DNA of 64,000 bases from the NCBI RefSeq assembly GCF_902459465.1, contig NC_047074.1, forward strand, positions 11,160,001 to 11,224,000. The letters are read 5' to 3'. The stretch comes from Asterias rubens. Lineage: Eukaryota. The notes beneath the pieces are model-generated. The model was given only the letters and a program-made list of their open reading frames with translations, searched no databases and was not told the DNA's origin. A program made the translations under genes and the position numbers. Below, one piece after another: positions 1-19,357 of the stretch. Every line of letters starts with the position of its first letter. The first letter of the stretch is position 1.

Positions 1-180
1 AGTTTCCTTTATGGGAAGAAACCCAGGCAGTGTCTTTGAGTGAAGAAACCCAGTTCTTGGGAGACTTAACTCAGTTTCCTTGGGTGAATTAACCCAGTTT
101 CTCTGGGTGTACAAACCCAGTTTCCTTGGGTGAAGAAACCCAGTGTCCTTGGGTGCATAATAAGCTTGGTGCATAACCCA
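1..180. repeat. Degenerate ~24-bp minisatellite (AACCCAGTTTCCTTGGGTGAAGA-like, about 7 units), running off the window start
   Basis: Repeated aacccag..tgggtg units with internal dyad symmetry, downstream of the PIN4 stop codon. Confidence 0.8.
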
Positions 181-281
181 GCTGTGTGATTGCACTTTAA
201 GATTCTGCTTTACATTTTTTTCTTCTCTAAAAACAAACACCACGTTGAATCGATCCATCACGAACTATAGTCAACATTCTA

Positions 282-3200
282 TTATAATTTCTTTCCCTCA
301 ACCATGATTATGTGATATCCATGTTTCGTCTTGACCGGCGGATTCGTGTAAATAGGCTTATCTGTCGTACTCGTAGCTAGCGCAAAGGCCGCATCCTGAA
401 ATGGTCCAACCATCGACCCCCGTGTCATCCAACCGAGATTTCCCTGGTAAAAGAATGGCAAGTGTTCATTTAGGTACAATCTCTACTGGTTGTAGGTTTG
501 TTGTTTGTTTATTTTATTTCTATTCATACATTCACTGTTTTGTGAATCCAAACTAATCAATACACGGTAATAAAATACAATACAAAATAAAGTTTGTTTA
601 TGTAATGTGTCTTTCTCTATGCAGTACATTGCATGGGCCCTAATAGTAGACAGTGCTAAAACCTGAGTAGCAAGATCAAGGCACTTAACGACGTTATCAT
701 TTTTCAACGAGCATAGATCATCCAACAAGATGCTTTCTTAGGCCTAACAGGTTCTCATTGGTATTTATACACCCGCGATAATGAAAGCAATTATGGTTTA
801 AATGCATTCTCTAAGACACACAGTGGCCAAGACCAGTGATCGACTGCACACAAATAATTTAGCCAACAGAACTCGAGCATAGACTGCTCTGTCACAAAAA
901 CAGACCTACACAACAAAAGCAACAGAAACAGAGGCAATTGCCTACTTGCCCTTGGTCATTGCCTTGGTGTCCCTTGAAAATTGCGATAACAGTTTGTAAT
1001 TTCCTAAAAGCGCAGCCTTTTATACAACAACAAAAATGCCTTGGTACTCTTATCCTTTAAAAAACGAAGCAGCAGGCCGGTGAAAGTCCACAATGTACTG
1101 AAACACTCTTTGCAATACTACAACATGTATTTGGTTTTACCCTTTTACACCGATAATACGTGTGTAAGTTAATTAAAATGTGTAAGCAGTGTATACTCAG
1201 GACTTTTCTGAGTTCTGTGAACAGAAGTCACAGGGCAGGCATTTTACTCGAGTGGTATTTGAACCCACGACCTTTGCCATCCAGACCAAATTTCTTACCA
1301 ACTAGAGCACCGTGATTGCATCTAGACCAAATTTCTTACCAACTAGACCACTGTGATTGCGCGGTGTTCACTTGTTGTATCCCAACATACATGTATGCGT
1401 AAAATAACAAATCTGTGAACATTTGAACTCACTTGGTCATCTATTATAAGTTGCAATAGAATAATGAAAGAAAATACACCTTTGTTGCACAAACGTGTTT
1501 GCTGTCAGATACCTAACAAAAGGCTTCAGGCCTGAAGTCTTTCCATATTTGAGTAAGAATAGTCTGATAGTTGATACTGTCAACAGCTCTCCATTGCTCG
1601 TTACCAAGTAAGTTTTTATGCTAACATTTATTTTGAGTAACTACCAATAGTGTCCAGTGCCTCTAGGGAGAACCCTGGTAATTGTGACTCGTACCCTCTG
1701 GGCCCAATGGGAGACTTTCTGGGACGATAGAGGGCAGCAGACTTACCGGGTAAATCCATTGTTCTCAGAATTATGCGCATGTTCAGAACTACGTAAACAA
1801 TGGAAATTTACCCGGAATGTCTGCTGCCACCTAGCGTTGGAAAGTCTCCTATTGCATAAAGCCTGTAGAGCACAAAAATTTGCCTATCATGAAATTTCTT
1901 CCTTGATAAAAACAAGATTACCATCAACATTTTAATTTGTTGCATATTGCTTGTTCCTGGCATTCAGCTGTTGCTTGCTTATCCTGAAAGTCACGCGGAA
2001 ATGTGGTTGGTCATCCGGTTTTTATGAAGGAAGACATTTCATGCTAAGCAAATTGTTGTGCTTACAGGCTTTATGAAATTGGGCCCTGGTTTAGTAATGG
2101 CTCACTCACCCCTTGTCCGGCCTTGTCTTCACTGTACTGTTCAGCCACTACATTGAATCGGATTCCAGACTGTAGCTTCTCCAGAGCCTCCATGGACTTG
2201 GAATGCTTCTCACACAGTATGTGCCTCACCTGTCAAAGGTTACATAATAAATTGGGAAATCAAATTTAAAATTACAATTCTGTATTTTTTTAAGACAACA
2301 AATCAAACAGAAAGTAAGTAACGTTTGCGGTGACACCATTTAAGAAATTTCTTTGGTGAGCAGTGGTGGCTCTCAGAAGAGCCATTTTTGATCAGTGTGC
2401 TCCGACTATCTTCTTGAAAAGACATTTAAAGGGGCACTTGAGCTGGGGTGATGCTTTAGTGATCGTCTGTCTGTCTGTCTCAATGATCTTCCCATCAAGG
2501 GAACTCACCATATGGGGATAAACTGGCAACAGCCAATCTCTCTCATACAAACATTGGTTTATTTCTATGATTTTGAGTTGCTAGTCACACAAAATCAAGA
2601 AAATGTGATTCAGTAACTAGACGACAATATTTATTCCAGTCATTATAAAATCAGTGGTTAGCTCTGAAGGATTCGAACCCACAACCGTGTAATCGCAAGT
2701 CCTGCAGTCTAATCACTAGAGTCTAGACCCCTAGCCTACATCACAAGCTCAAAAAACAGAGCTTCTCACTTAATGAGGTCAAAGGAAGACCTACATGTAT
2801 TATTGGCCAAGAGATAGTGAGCGTGGCACATACTGTAACACGTACACATATTTCGGATTGGAATACTTGCATTAATGAAGAGGGGGGGGGGGGGGGGGGG
2901 GGAGTTGTTTCGACGATGAACAAACCTTGACTGCAGTTCCTCCTTTCTTCACTTTGTCACCAGAGTCTCCATCTAACAGTAGATGAACAAACATAAAACA
3001 ATGAATTACTGATTCTAATTTGAACTTTTTCCTCTTTAAATTATTAAAAATTGACAACTGTCTGAATCTTGTGTACGAAATAAACCTCTCGTCTGCTCAA
3101 CTGAGTGGTTACAGTTAAACCCCTGTTTTCCGATATCCCTCCCTATGTTCCGACAACCTCTGTTCTGACAACCGCTGTCCGACACCCTTTTAAAGAATCC

Positions 3201-4756
3201 TTATCCTGACCCTAGTGTGTAAATCATCAGGGGTTTTCCGAACATAGATGCGTCGGAACATAGGGATGTCGTAATATACATGTAGAGCAGTCACCAAATG
3301 AGTAAAACAAAATTCGGCGTGGGCAGAGAAAACAGACCTGTTGCAAACTCGCTCGGACCCTGGTCTCTCTACTCTCTAGCTCCCCCTAGAAAACGTACAT
3401 TCATGTGTGGAACTATGATGAGGTTTGTTCAGTCTCCACTATGCATGAAATGAAGTTCGTGGAGACGGTCGATAGCGGAACAAAAAAATATCATTCATAA
3501 TCATAGTTTAGTTGCGATAACGTAACCCTCCACCCGACTACTTCTAGACACTATAAGGCTCCCCTGTGAGCCTTATATAAGTTAGTTTCTAGAAGTACCT
3601 CCGGATGGCTGCCAGGAGGGGAGGCTGGTCATCTCGCCACCTAGCAAGCTCGCCATCAACAAAGTCGCCCCCTGCAAAGTCGCCCCCCCTAACCGGCTCG
3701 CCCCAAGTTGTTACAAAGTCGCCCCCTGACAATGTCGCCCCCAAACAATGTCGCCCCCTAGCAAAGTCACCCCCTGACAATGTCGCCCCCAGCCAATGTC
3801 GCCCCCTAGCAATAGTTAAGGATTATTTCTGTAATATAATGGCTTAATTATTGTATCGGAAAGAATATAAAGTAAAGCCTACTTATCGTAAGACTACCTG
3901 TTTCTATAGTTGNNNNNNNNNNNNNNNNNNNNNNNNNNNNNNNNNNNNNNNNNNNNNNNNNNNNNNNNNNNNNNNNNNNNNNNNNNNNNNNNNNNNNNNN
4001 NNNNNNNNNNNNNNNNNNNNNNNNNNNNNNNNNNNNNNNNNNNNNNNNNNNNNNNNNNNNNNNNNNNNNNNNNNNNNNNATTGTAGCCTTAATTATTTTC
4101 CGAACAACATCTGGGGGCGACTTTGCTAGGGGCCGACATTGGCTGGTGGCGACATTGTCAGGGGGCGACATTGTTTGGGGGCGACATTGCCAGGGGGCGA
4201 CTTCGTTTCAACCAGGGGCCAGCCGGGTAGGGGGCGACTGGAAAAGTTTCCGTATGGGATGGTGCCACCACTTTTTCATTCGAAATAAAATAATATAGTA
4301 TCTAATTTACCTGATGGATATATCCCTTTTTGTAAAAATGAGTGAAAAAGTGGTGGCGCCATACGGAAAGTTATCCGGGCGACTTTGCAGGGGGTGACTT
4401 TGTTGGTGGCGAGATGACCAGCATTCCCAGGATGATCGGAGGGCCGCCTGGCGGCCGTCGAGAGGAGGGTTACGTTATCGCAACTATTCAAAGTTCTACT
4501 TCGTAAGAGTACTCTTGACCATTATACTAGTACGACATTACTTGGGAGTCTCCAAACTTCTACTAAGTAAGACTAAAGAGGAACTGAACCTCCTGGAAAT
4601 TGTCAACAAAAAATAACCAAATACAAAAATGAACAGACCTGCTGCAGAAGCTCCTCCTTTGCCTCCCTTGCCCCCTTTCGCTCCGCCTTTGGCACCACCA
4701 CCGCCTTTGGCTCCACCACCCTTGGCTCCCCCTCCTCCAGCCTTATTCTTCGGCAT
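282..4756 (-). CDS. PIN4: Parvulin-type peptidyl-prolyl isomerase (Par14/PIN4), 4 coding exons, 148 aa
   Basis: Exons 4756-4639, 2972-2926, 2229-2110, 443-282; all introns GT-AG with matching phases (447 nt). Basic Gly/Lys N-terminus, then [11 protein letters not shown]...[30 protein letters not shown]...[18 protein letters not shown], matching the Par14 signature. Confidence 0.97.
3511..4484. mobile_element. Foldback-like MITE with TA target site and GTCGCCCCC subrepeats; spans the assembly gap and contains a nested smaller MITE (~4243-4375)
   Basis: TIR gttgcgataacgtaaccctcc at 3511 and ggagggttacgttatcgcaac ending at 4484, flanked by TA; inverted arrays of aaagtcgccccc / gggggcgac on either side of the N run. 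Confidence 0.75.
3913..4079. other. Assembly gap (167 N)
   Basis: Run of n characters. Confidence 1.
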
Positions 4757-5040
4757 GATATCAAGAACTTTGTGTTTTTAAGGCTCAACAAAGCTTAAAA
4801 GTCAAGAGTGAAACAAGTGTAGTGTGGAAGTTTACACATGTGTGAACGTGGTGAATGAGAATCCTGAACGACCGGCCAATCACTGTTGCTCTTTCATTTT
4901 GCCAGACAGAATGGACAAATCAGCTATGTCGACTTATCGCAATCTGGCACTAACAACTCTGCTTTGCTGGCTGTCACACAACAAAATAGTTGTGGAGCGC
5001 AAAGCCGAAACCCGCGCAAGCTTCGAATTTGCCCATGTGA

Positions 5041-5169
5041 GGCCGTGTCCGAATTGGCGACTTCGGCTACAGCTACGGCTAGGGCGCGCGCGTCTGCCTA
5101 TTCTTCAACACTGACAGACGCGCTGATCTAGCCGTAGCTGTAGCCGAAGTCGCATATTCGGACACGGCC
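5041..5169. mobile_element. Hairpin MITE, PIF/Harbinger-like
   Basis: ~42-bp inverted arms (ggccgtgtccgaat.. / ..attcggacacggcc) flanked by a 3-bp TGA direct repeat (5038-5040 and 5170-5172). Confidence 0.75.
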
Positions 5170-5552
5170 TGACTACAGGGAGGTCAAACCTTGCGCGGGC
5201 AAGTCTTTACCTTGCGAGGGTTTCTACATTGCGCTCAACTTTGTTTTGGCTGCTGAAATCCTCCCAAAACAATCGTAAGTTCAAAACGTTTTCTTAAGGA
5301 ATGTGGGCCAGGAGACATAGAGTTTTGGAAATTATTTTATTAATCATTGTTTTCATGTTTCGTTTGGTGTAGAATTATTTCTGTACTTAGCATATTTCGT
5401 GAGTATTTACTTTATTTTACGACTTGTCCAAATTCCGGACACACGTATAAGCAATACAAAATCCCAATGCGCGAGCGTCAGTGTAACACATACATACATA
5501 CACACTGGACTAAAAAAATGCAGTGACGACAGTCAGTGACAAAATCGGAGAC

Positions 5553-5640
5553 CAGACAACTCGTCCGTCGGACAACTCGTCCGAGTTCAATTCTTTCGAG
5601 TTGTGCGAACGGACGAGTTGTCCGACGGACGAGTTGTCTG
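5553..5640. repeat. Inverted repeat with internally duplicated arms (cagacaactcgtccgtcggacaactcgtccg and its reverse complement)
   Basis: 31-bp perfect arms around a 26-nt loop. Confidence 0.8.
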
Positions 5641-5940
5641 ACATTCACAAAATCCCATGCATGCTGATGTACTGGGTGTACAACTAAACACTCAATAGGT
5701 CTAGTTTGTAATGTAGTACTTAGGGTATCTCTCCTCTATAATTATAGAGTGTAGTCAACACAAAAGTACCCTGCGCTTCCTTAGGTTCACTCCTGACTTG
5801 TCATATTATGACTCATGTGCTTGTCAAATGACAATGTCATGCTTTTGACTTTTGTGTAAAACTGTAAATGAAAAATCAAAACGAAAAACAATTACCAATA
5901 CCAGTCCAAAAAGGCATGACCAACATCAACAAGTCAATAA

Positions 5941-6445
5941 GCTGCGATAACGTAACCCTCCTCCTGACGGGAGGGAGGAGGGTTACTTACTTGAATCCAC
6001 CGACGCCATCACACAACTGGGGAGGAGATGGTGGTTCTGGTTACTGGGGCAGACAGCTTAGATAAGCTTATGTAGAGCCCCCCAACGTTCTTTAGGAATT
6101 TATCCACATGTCCCTTGAAAATGTTCACACTTGAAGCTTCAACTGCTTTTTGAGGGAGAATGTTCCAGTAGTTGACCACTCTCTGGGTAAACCAGAACTT
6201 CCTGAGGTTGAGGTTGGATCTTGATTTGTACAGTTTAAGTTGGTGACCCCTCTACTGCACGGTTGACAAATCAAAGAAATGTTCAGGGTGCAAGCCCTCA
6301 AGGCCCCTAAGTATCTTAAAGGTCTCGATAAGATCTCCTCGCAGCCTCCTGCACTCCGGGGTGGTCAATTTCACTTCCCTGAGTCTGTGAACGTAGTCTA
6401 GGTGAGATAGACCTCCAATCATTCGCAATGATTACGTTTCGCAAC
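5941..6445. mobile_element. Short copy of the 3511 MITE family, interrupted by a CR1 LINE
   Basis: Left TIR gctgcgataacgtaaccctcc at 5941; the right TIR is split into ggagggttac (ending 5986) and ttacgtttcgcaac (6432-6445). Confidence 0.65.
5987..6420 (-). mobile_element. 5'-truncated CR1-type LINE (ORF2 C-terminal end plus 3' tail)
   Basis: Minus-strand translation LSHLDYVHRLREVKLTTPECRRLRGDLIETFKILRG...*RGHQLKLYKSRSNLNLRKFWFTQRVVNYWNILP...VEASSVNIFKGHVDKFL carries the CR1 ORF2 C-terminal motifs (RRLRGDLIE, RGH..KL, RVVN.WN.LP); one in-frame stop; ends in a (GTAA)n tail. Confidence 0.85.
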
Positions 6446-6890
6446 TAGCTAGAGTAACCAACATGACCAAGTGACAAGTCCAAGTTTAGACACGGATGAT
6501 ATTTACCGAGTCAATTTTGTTACATTGATTGAGTAATTGGTCCAGTTGGAGCATATACCGTATACGTATCAATAACCAATTATCTAAATAAAGATCAAGT
6601 CGACAGACGACGGTCGGATTGCATATTGTACAGTTTAGGCTTTTTAGCAGAGTGCGTCTGTGGCCAGTCTGTGCTTGCAGTGATTTAGTGTATACAACTT
6701 TCACAAATTTAATGAATTGCTTTCAATTCATACGCCATGTCGGTGTCATTACATTTTTCCTAATATTGTGGTTTTTTTTCTTAAAATTATTTGCAGGGTC
6801 CTGCTTGCGAATATTTAATCTGGTGAAATTTGGAAATTCAGCATGTAGGGAAAATCACCATAAATAGAGAAGCAAATTTAAGTAACAAAC

Positions 6891-9302
6891 ATGTCAGACT
6901 CCTGGATAGGTCCCATGTTGCCCCCAAGTATCGCCAGAGATAGGAGAGGCATTGGAGGAGAAAGCCCCCAGGGTAACATTGGTCCAACCTTACCACCCCA
7001 TTTCAAGTCAAGTTCAGAGCAGAATTTATTGGGGAGCGGTGAATTCATTGAACGAGGAATAGGCCCAATGCCGCCTGGGAACTCAAACTCAAACCTCAAT
7101 AATGAAGATATCGGTCCCTCGTTACCACCCAATCTCAGAAGAGGTCAAGCACAAGAGGGACCGAGCCTTCCTCCAAGATCATTACAAAGAGACTCAGAGT
7201 CAGACTCGGGCACAGAAGAAACCTACGGACCTTCTCTTCCCCCAGCTTACTCTAAACCGGACCACATCCTAGGTCCAACTTTACCGCCAGGATTCAGAAG
7301 ACCCTGGGAAGATGCTCCGGAGTCAGATGAGGACTCTGAGGAAGACAGTTCCGAGGAGGAGGTCATTGGTCCGATGCCGGCCTCGGAGTATGACTATAGA
7401 CAAGGGAAATCTGCAGCTGAAGAGTTGGAAGCCAGAGCAGCTGCTATGAAGGATAAGCTCACACAAAAGGTACATTGTCTCATTTTGCAATGTTTCTCCT
7501 GGACCTTGTTCACCTCCCTTAACCCGGTCAGGTTGGTGTAGTGGTGTCTGCCTCGCGGACCTCGGTTCGAATCCCACAGGGGGTGGGGTGGGGGCTAATT
7601 GAGGGGGCTAATCATCCTTACTCGCAGCTAAGAGCTGAATTGCGAAGGACGCGGCTAAAACGTGTTCGAGAAGCAGGCATGCAAGGGCGCCTTCGGCTGC
7701 CAGCAACATCAACCCGTTATGACCACAGAGCACAGCCAAGATCAAAAGTGTTGAGTTACCTGCATAATTGCTTGGCATTCTTCGTGTCCTTTTTAAAATA
7801 ACTTCTTGTTTCATTTGTCAGGACGAAGACGTTGCACAATCCAGGGATTCTTGGATGACTGAGCTTCCTGAATTCTCCAAGAGTTTTGGGATGGGGCCTC
7901 GGACATTCCGTAAGAATGCTCGACCAGATGAGAAGGACAGATCAGGCTGGACTGAAACCCCAGCAGATAGGGCCAAGAAAGAACAGGTAAAAGAAGCAAT
8001 GGGGAAACGGCACAATTCATTTGAGTTCCGAGGCTGTAATAAAGCCATTTTATAGTCATTCGTGCGATGGTCAGGGGATGGAAGTATTGACGCGCGATCA
8101 TAAAAAGACAGAGTTTTTAGGCCTCAGCGATGACTATAAACTGTGTCGCGCGCCAAGATTTCCATCGCACCATCATCGCTCGACGGACTATAAACCAGCC
8201 TTCAGGGCTAGATGTCAAACAAAATAAGTTGAGAACTATTTGCTGTGTTTTTAGTTGACAGTAACTCAAAATGAAGAATGAAGAGTCTTAGTACTTGCAA
8301 TTAAGCTTAAAAGTCGTAGTCCTCTACAACATTAAGCAATGTGATAGACAGGAGTCTCTTGTAGGGAAATACAACGATAATACGAAATTACTGAAATTAA
8401 AACTACATTTTAACTTTCAGGAGAGAATGGAGCGAGCTGTAGCAGCAGAACAGGCGATGGCATCATCCTCCAAATCATCCAGGAAGAAGAAGAAAGATAA
8501 AAAAGAAATTAAAATGTCCGAAAGAGACAGGGGGATGGCCGAGACAGTACAGAAGCACAACGAGAGAGCAAGGGCGGAGTCGTTGATGGATATTCATTCT
8601 AAGAACAGGAAGAGAAAAATGGTCAGTCTCCAAAGCTTCAAGATATTTTCTTTTATGTTCACATTAGACCATCTGGGCCTTACAGAAGAAAGGGAATTCC
8701 GTGCTTACATCAAGCGCATTTCAGGGGTTAGCAGGGAATTTTTGCTTGTGCGCTTGTACAGTCAGCTTGTACAGTAGTAGTGAAGAATGACCTCAGTAAG
8801 CGCAAAATTTGGCAGTAAGCAGAGCCATGAAACAGAGCATTTCATAGAACTGTGAGCACAAAAAGTAGCCAAGCATGAAAAATGTATGCGAAACCGATTT
8901 AAGGTTACCAGTCGAAATAACACGTCATAAAATGTATGTAAAATTTGTGATTGGTAACCTGTCTGTTTTTGCTCAGCAGAAATTTGACCTGCAATGTTTT
9001 GTGCTTTAAAAGCAGCTATATTATATATGAAATCGGCCCAGAAAATACACAACACCCAGCAACAATATTAAATTTGTAATTTAGCTTGTGAAAGCTGTAT
9101 TAAACTTGTAAAAGTCAAAATGCTTGTTTTTTGTTTCCATCAGGCGGAGCAAGGTACTTCAGAGAATGAAAGACGTCCCTTTGACAGAGAAAATGATCTG
9201 CAGGTTAATCGGTTCGACGATGCCCGACGGAAGCAACTCTTAAAGAAATCCGCCCATCTGGGAGAAAAATTCAGCCACAGTACCGATAAAGTTTACTTGT
9301 AA
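6891..9302 (+). CDS. GPALPP1: GPALPP motifs-containing protein 1, 4 coding exons, 367 aa
   Basis: Exons 6891-7469, 7822-7986, 8421-8621, 9144-9302; all phase 0, GT-AG. Repeated GPxLPP motifs, acidic stretch, RDSWMTELP, SGWTETPADR, RAESLMDIH and RRPFDRENDLQVNRFD motifs. Confidence 0.93.
8049..8193. mobile_element. Small MITE in GPALPP1 intron 2
   Basis: TIR tttatagtcattcgtgcgatg versus catcgctcgacggactataaa. Confidence 0.6.
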
Positions 9303-9449
9303 TGTTAAAGATTTGGCCTTGGTGCCTCTCCAAAAGATTGCTGTAGATTTTTATTTTTTCCTGAGGGAAGTGCCCTTTGTAAAAGGAAAATAAAGTTGCC
9401 CTCTCACAGATAAAATTCCAGGCATTTCAGATAATCACCGAATGTCTGT

Positions 9450-9620
9450 AGAGTGGAAGTGTCGTGGCCAAGCAATTGAGAGCATCAAATGTAAGCTCTG
9501 CTGTATTTAATCTACAGAGTGTGGGTTAGAATCCCGGTCGTGACACTTTTGTATTTAATCAAGACACTTGACCATTGCATGCTTCATCCTTCAGACGGGA
9601 CGTAAAGCTGTAGGTCCAGT
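9450..9620 (+). mobile_element. tRNA-derived SINE (degenerate)
   Basis: A-box-like gtcgtggccaagc, B-box-like gggttagaatcccgg, then a gtgacact..caagacactt central block shared with the copies at 17065 and 37150. Confidence 0.6.
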
Positions 9621-11007
9621 ATGACTATCTTCAATCATGAAGGCTGCGTAAGAAAGGAATGAAACAAAAAAGGTGTGTAATGTACATTTAGGTCTGTGTT
9701 GGTTTGGTGGAGGGCAGAAGAATTTACAAACAAAGAAGAGAAAAACAATGTATTGTAAAGTACTTGATTAAGAAACACTGTCACAATGCACAGTTAGAAT
9801 AAAAAATGAAACTCTTATCTTATCACTTATTGTCTGAATATTGTAATGCTTTTATTGTTTGCTTTCAATTTTTGGAGGGAGTGGGTTAGGGAGTCAAATC
9901 CAGGAACATGATTTAATCAATCGGCAACATCTAATTCTAAAAATCTAAAATACTCTAATTATTCTTAACTACTGGAGAACAAGAAACAGACCCTAGACTA
10001 TTTTCTTGTAGAGGCAAGACAGCGTTTCCCCAAGTAAGGGGCACCTCGGTGAAGGGAGGGGCACCGAGGGGGCAAGGAGGCAATTGCCTCTGTTGCTTCT
10101 TTGAAGTATCTGGCTCGAATATACAATTTACAGCAATAAAAACTAATTTACTGACAATTTAAAGAATGCCTTACCTCGTGCTCGGAATTAACATAATTTC
10201 AAGGCATCAGACATTATTGGTAAAAGGGTTTCATGCAGGCTTAAAAAGAAGTGTTACTGTTGGTAGACTGCATACAAAAGCACAATTTAGTTCATAAATT
10301 AATTCTTAAGTGAACATTTTTAGTGGCGTAAAAAGTTTACTTTTGGCTGTAGAGAAATACGTGTATCAACCCCAAAGGTTGAAGCAAAGGCCAAGTCCTG
10401 ACATTTACAACTGTAAATGTAAGGACCATATCTACATTTAAAAAGAAACTTTGAATTGTAATGTTTTAGGTTTTAAAATAATGCGAGCTGTAACTGTCGT
10501 ACAGTCAGATATTTTTGCTGAAAACAAGAAGTCATAAAAAATCAACACTATTAGTAAAAAGTCTTTAAAAAGGGTTATTCAGGAGTCACGGAGCACCAAG
10601 TTACAATAAATATTGATGTACTATCAAGTTTTTTTCATGCAAATTAAGAGTTCCCGAAAAAGCATTTGAAAATCAAGATGAAAATTGTACAGGTCGAGGA
10701 GGTTTTTGTGATAAATAAAATGGAAATTTTCTTAGAATTTGAACATCATTGAAAATCACATTTTGTTATTTACTTTTCATCTGCAGCCATGATTTTCATT
10801 CCACCATTTAAAAAAACCCATAAACCTTTGTGTACAAACCATACATTAACACTAAGCCATCGGCTAGTTGGGTGTTCAAGTTGTAAGACATTTGCTCTGG
10901 CAATGCAAAGGTCATGGGTTCCAATCCCACCCAAGTGGGAGGGCTGACTGTGAACCGTTCAGATACATTCACCACACATGACACCCTAATACAGGCCAGT
11001 ATAGTTT

Positions 11008-11186
11008 CAGGCCTGTATGCTTCGTTTTTGAAAGGGTAAGGGCACCAAGGCATTTTCTCCTTGATAAATGGCACCCTATGAGGAAAATATACATTTTTAC
11101 TGTGGGGAGCATTTGAGGGGCACCGAGGCAATGACCAGGGACACGGAGGCAATCGCCTTTTTAGCCTCCATGAGGTATCAGGCCTG
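11008..11186. mobile_element. CAGGCC-ended MITE family (related pieces at ~930-1080, 10020-10110, 21370-21540, 27600-27660, 37020-37120, 37905-38080)
   Basis: Self-complementary caggcctg ends and a shared interior (ttgaaagggcaagggcaccaaggcattttc..gggcaatgaccagg). Confidence 0.6.
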
Positions 11187-11356
11187 TAGTTTGTCTATCA
11201 CTCAAAACCACAGTGGGTGAAACTGAAATGTGTCCAGTCACCAGATTTCACATTATTTTCAGCCCCAGTTCCTTTGCTCCTTCGACGCTCTACAGTCATC
11301 GGTTAAAATGCGAGCTTAAATTAAAATTTGAGATTTCCATGAGAAAGTGCTTCTCG

Positions 11357-18596
<7,240 letters not shown>

Positions 18597-19357
18597 GACT
18601 CCTTCAAATCCCGATCTCACTCCTCAGATCATATGGAGCAAAAGATGAATTGAGCAATTTGAATCTAAAATTTTATGGAGTAATAGATGTAATGAGTGTC
18701 TGCAATTGACAGATTGGGAGGTTTTTGGCTCGTCTCCTTACAGAAGTTATTATGCGGAGGGCCTCATGCAAAGTAGCATCAAATGATGTTCGAATATGGA
18801 GCCTGTAGGTGAAAGGATAAAATAGATTAAACCAACCATAAGTTGGATGATCAAACAATTTTTTAAAACAAAATTAAGAACATGAAATGAATCAAGAAAC
18901 AAAATAATAATGAATGGGACAAACCGTTGTATAAGATATCCCTGGCTGGTTGTGTAGGGCTTATTAAAGGATTTGGGTACTTTTTGTAACACAAAACACA
19001 ATGTCCACAGATTTGCATCAAACTTAAACCTTTTGAAGATATTGATAGTAGAAAGCGTACCTAAAAATATTAGTTGCTGAGGTGCTGTAGTTTTTAAAAA
19101 ATGAGTATAACAATGACATGAAAATACGTTTTTAGATGCTAAAATAATTTTCGTCTCATAATCACTGAGACGGAAATTATTTTCATGACATTGTTTTATT
19201 CATTTCTCAAAAACTACAGCACCTCAGCAAGTAATATTTTCAGGGCAAGTTGTCTACCATCATAATCTTCAAACTGTGTAAGTTTAATGTAAATCTGTGG
19301 ACATTGTCACTTGTGTTTTTTGTCCTACAAAAAGTACATATACCCTTTAATAGCTCC

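Larger units (their letters stand above)
4757..6890. promoter_or_regulatory. Divergent (head-to-head) promoter region of PIN4 and GPALPP1
   Basis: Start codons point away from each other (4756 minus, 6891 plus); CpG-richer sequence at ~4870-5650; an acceptor tttgcag ending at 6796 suggests a non-coding first GPALPP1 exon upstream. Confidence 0.55.

Noticed and set aside
3589-4171. Repetitive SPP/GGDF ORFs
   Set aside because: Translations of the GTCGCCCCC subrepeats and of the N run.
7525-7585. tRNA gene
   Set aside because: Has A/B-box-like motifs but is too short and lacks a cloverleaf; a SINE head remnant like several others (1225-1365, 2660-2720, 10850-10950, 12000-12060, 26060-26120, 27385-27545).
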